Source: Ignavibacteriota bacterium
GTDB taxonomy: Bacteria; Bacteroidota; Ignavibacteria; UBA10030; UBA6906
Length of the DNA: 64,000 nucleotides
Direction: 5' to 3'
Assembly (NCBI GenBank): GCA_963801355.1
Contig: CAWDEM010000004.1
Coordinates: forward strand, 1,568,001 to 1,632,000
Shown one piece after another: positions 61,945 to 64,000 of this stretch (position 1 is the first letter of the stretch; the number at the start of each line of letters is the position of its first letter). The notes beneath the pieces are model-generated. The model was not told the DNA's origin and did not search any database. It saw only the letters and a list, made by a program, of their open reading frames with translations. The translations under genes and the position numbers were made by a program.

Positions 61945-62805
61945 GTGGCATACGCAGGAGATGGAGTGCGGCGGCCGGAATGGTTGAAGGTGAAGATTCC
62001 CTCCGGACAGAATTACCTCCGGCTGAAGGAATTGATGGACCGGCACCGGTTGCATACGGTGTGCGAGGAAGCGCGCTGTCCGAACATGGGAGAATGCTGG
62101 AGCGCGGGCACGGCAACGTTCATGATTCTGGGTGACGTGTGTACGCGGTCCTGCGGTTTTTGTGCGGTGCGGACCGGGCTCCCGCAAACGCTCGATCTCG
62201 AAGAACCGGCACGGGTCGCGGAGGCGGTCCGCATCATGGAAGTGCGTCATGCGGTGATCACTTCGGTGAATCGGGACGAGCTTGAGGACGGCGGTGCCTC
62301 GGTCTTTGCGGCGACCATCCATGCGGCTCGGGAAGCACGTCCGGGCATGACGGTCGAGGTTCTGATTCCGGACTTCCAGGGGGATGCCGCTGCCCTGCAG
62401 ATCGTCGTCGATGCGAAGCCGGATATTCTCAATCACAATACGGAGACCATCCCCCGTCTCTATCCCTCTGTGCGTCCGCAGGCAAAGTACGCGCGAAGTC
62501 TGGCGCTCCTGGATCGGGCGAAGGGAGCAGGGATGGTCACGAAGAGCGGTTTGATGCTGGGTCTGGGGGAGACAAATGACGAGGTGCTGGAGGTATTATC
62601 CGATTTGCGGGCTGTTTCATGCGATATTGTAACGCTGGGGCAGTATTTGCAGCCCACGAAGGAGCACCTCCCGGTAGCGCGATATGTGACGCCCGGGGAG
62701 TTCGCCCTGTTGCGGGAACGGGGAATGATGATGGGTTTCCGGCACATTGAATCAGGCCCGTTGGTGAGGAGTTCCTACCATGCCGGTATGCACATCGGTG
62801 TCTGA
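61945..62805 (+). CDS. lipA: Lipoyl synthase
   Basis: [41 protein letters not shown]; AGGAGG RBS. Confidence 0.96.
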   Translation: MAYAGDGVRRPEWLKVKIPSGQNYLRLKELMDRHRLHTVCEEARCPNMGECWSAGTATFMILGDVCTRSCGFCAVRTGLPQTLDLEEPARVAEAVRIMEVRHAVITSVNRDELEDGGASVFAATIHAAREARPGMTVEVLIPDFQGDAAALQIVVDAKPDILNHNTETIPRLYPSVRPQAKYARSLALLDRAKGAGMVTKSGLMLGLGETNDEVLEVLSDLRAVSCDIVTLGQYLQPTKEHLPVARYVTPGEFALLRERGMMMGFRHIESGPLVRSSYHAGMHIGV

Positions 62806-62810
62806 TTTTC

Positions 62811-62839
62811 TTGACAAAGTGCCGCGGATTGCGTAACTT
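62811..62839 (+). promoter_or_regulatory. sigma70-like promoter of rplM (TTGACA-N17-TAACTT)
   Basis: Consensus -35 and correct spacing. Confidence 0.65.
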
Positions 62840-62894
62840 TAAAATCTGAAACACTTTCCCCCGGTGTCAATACCCTTTTCAAGGAGTGTTTTTC

Positions 62895-63329
62895 GTGGAA
62901 AAGACAACGCGGTTCTTCACGGCCAAGGACGTAGAGCAGAAGTGGCATCTGGTGGACGCAGATGGCAAGACTCTCGGGCGTGTGGCCACAGAGGTAGCCC
63001 GCCTGCTGCGCGGCAAGCACAAACCGGAATTCACGCCGAACGCCGACCTTGGCGATTTTGTGGTTGTCGTCAACGCGTCAAAGGTGAAGATCACCGGTAA
63101 ACGGGCCGAACTCAAGGAGTATTTTCACTATACGGGGTATCCCGGCGGCGCAACGTACGAGAAGGTGCAGGATGTCCTCCGGAAGAATCCCCAGCGCGTC
63201 ATCGAGCGGGCGATCAAAGGGATGTTGCCGCACAACCGCCTCGGGACAAGAATCTTCAAAAAACTCAAAGTGTATGCCGGGCCGGAGCATCCGCACGCCG
63301 CCCAGCAACCGCAACCATTTTCCGTGTAA
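62895..63329 (+). CDS. rplM: 50S ribosomal protein L13
   Basis: WHLVDA...LGRVA...GKHKPEFTP...GDFVVVVNA...GMLP...LKVYAG..HPHAAQ. Confidence 0.97.
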   Translation: MEKTTRFFTAKDVEQKWHLVDADGKTLGRVATEVARLLRGKHKPEFTPNADLGDFVVVVNASKVKITGKRAELKEYFHYTGYPGGATYEKVQDVLRKNPQRVIERAIKGMLPHNRLGTRIFKKLKVYAGPEHPHAAQQPQPFSV

Positions 63330-63359
63330 CGATCTTTCTGGCAGGAGACTGAACGCAGC

Positions 63360-63752
63360 ATGCACGCACACACGACGACAGCAGTCGGCAGACGAAAGAC
63401 TTCGGTCGCCCGGGTCATTCTGCTGCCCGGCACAGGCAAAATCACCGTTAACCATCGCCCGCTCGAGGAGTTCTTCCCGATTGAGACCCTTCGCGCCGAC
63501 GTACTGAAGCCGCTGGATGCGACGCAGACGGCGGGCAAGTATGATGCCCGCATCAATGTCGAAGGCGGCGGAAGCACGGGCCAGGCCGGTGCCATCAAGC
63601 TGGGCATCGCCCGGGCGCTGGTGGATCTGAGCGAGGATCACAAGCCCGCGTTGCGCGCCGCCGGTTTGCTGACCCGCGACCCGCGGATGGTCGAGCGGAA
63701 GAAATACGGTCAGAAAAAAGCACGCAAGAGATTCCAGTTCTCCAAACGCTGA
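63360..63752 (+). CDS. rpsI: 30S ribosomal protein S9
   Basis: [43 protein letters not shown]. Confidence 0.97.
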   Translation: MHAHTTTAVGRRKTSVARVILLPGTGKITVNHRPLEEFFPIETLRADVLKPLDATQTAGKYDARINVEGGGSTGQAGAIKLGIARALVDLSEDHKPALRAAGLLTRDPRMVERKKYGQKKARKRFQFSKR

Positions 63753-63778
63753 CACTGTACGTGCTGTATCGGTAAATA

Positions 63779-63850
63779 CGCATACTCTTGGATTTCGGCG
63801 GCAGTGTCCTGGCAGTGCCGGGATTCCGCCGGAAGATGAAGAGAGTAGAA
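63779..63850 (+). promoter_or_regulatory. Structured rpsB 5' leader (putative autoregulatory element)
   Basis: Nested stems TACTCT/AGAGTA, TTTCGGCGG/CCGCCGGAA, TCCTGGCA/TGCCGGGA upstream of rpsB. Confidence 0.5.
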
Positions 63851-63875
63851 GATCAACTATAGAAGGAATACTGCT

Positions 63876-64000
63876 ATGCCCCGCGTCGAAGTCGCCGAAC
63901 TTCTGGCAGCCGGCTGCCATTTCGGACATCTTACCCGCCGTTGGAATCCCAAAATGCGTCCGTACATCTTCATAGAGCGGAACGGGATCCACATCATTGA
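63876..64000 (+). CDS. rpsB: 30S ribosomal protein S2 (partial)
   Basis: [41 protein letters not shown]. Confidence 0.95.
   Translation, partial: MPRVEVAELLAAGCHFGHLTRRWNPKMRPYIFIERNGIHII

Overview
Bacterial chromosomal segment. Two proteins end in an NYPNPFNP-type T9SS/Por C-terminal sorting domain, and the gene content fits an Ignavibacteria/Kryptonia-like member of the Bacteroidota-Chlorobiota group (inference). Layout: (1) 1-10.5 kb is an accessory region of secreted and signalling proteins. It holds a trypsin-like lipoprotein protease followed by a stand-alone copy of its own N-terminal domain, a Ser/Thr kinase-TPR gene with a deleted paralog, and a T9SS beta-propeller. (2) 10,560-26,956 is a ~16.4 kb island integrated at the 3' end of tRNA-Asp(GTC). 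It has a 14-bp att duplication, a displaced terminator and a tyrosine integrase, and carries glycan side-chain-removing enzymes (GH29, 2x GH31, 2 intact plus 1 broken esterase, a DUF4038 protein). (3) A second GH29 precedes a complete ilvD-ilvB-ilvN-leuA-leuC-leuD-leuB-ilvC operon, which has an unannotated Leu/Ile/Val-rich leader peptide and attenuator. (4) Thiolase/DUF35, miscellaneous genes and gdhA. (5) 47.4-56.2 kb is the best candidate for an uncharacterised system: a HybA/HybB-like plus 13-heme cytochrome redox module with no catalytic subunit. It is co-transcribed with a c-heme-sensing histidine kinase carrying a Cys-rich insertion in its ATPase domain and with two response regulators whose output domain is a glycine-cleavage-H (lipoyl-carrier)-like fold. 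A divergent NtrC-type regulator has a degenerate GAFTGA loop. (6) Directly downstream are lpdA-lipB-E1(alpha/beta fusion)-E2-lipA, then rplM-rpsI-rpsB. All calls come from reading sequence motifs by eye; no database searches were run.
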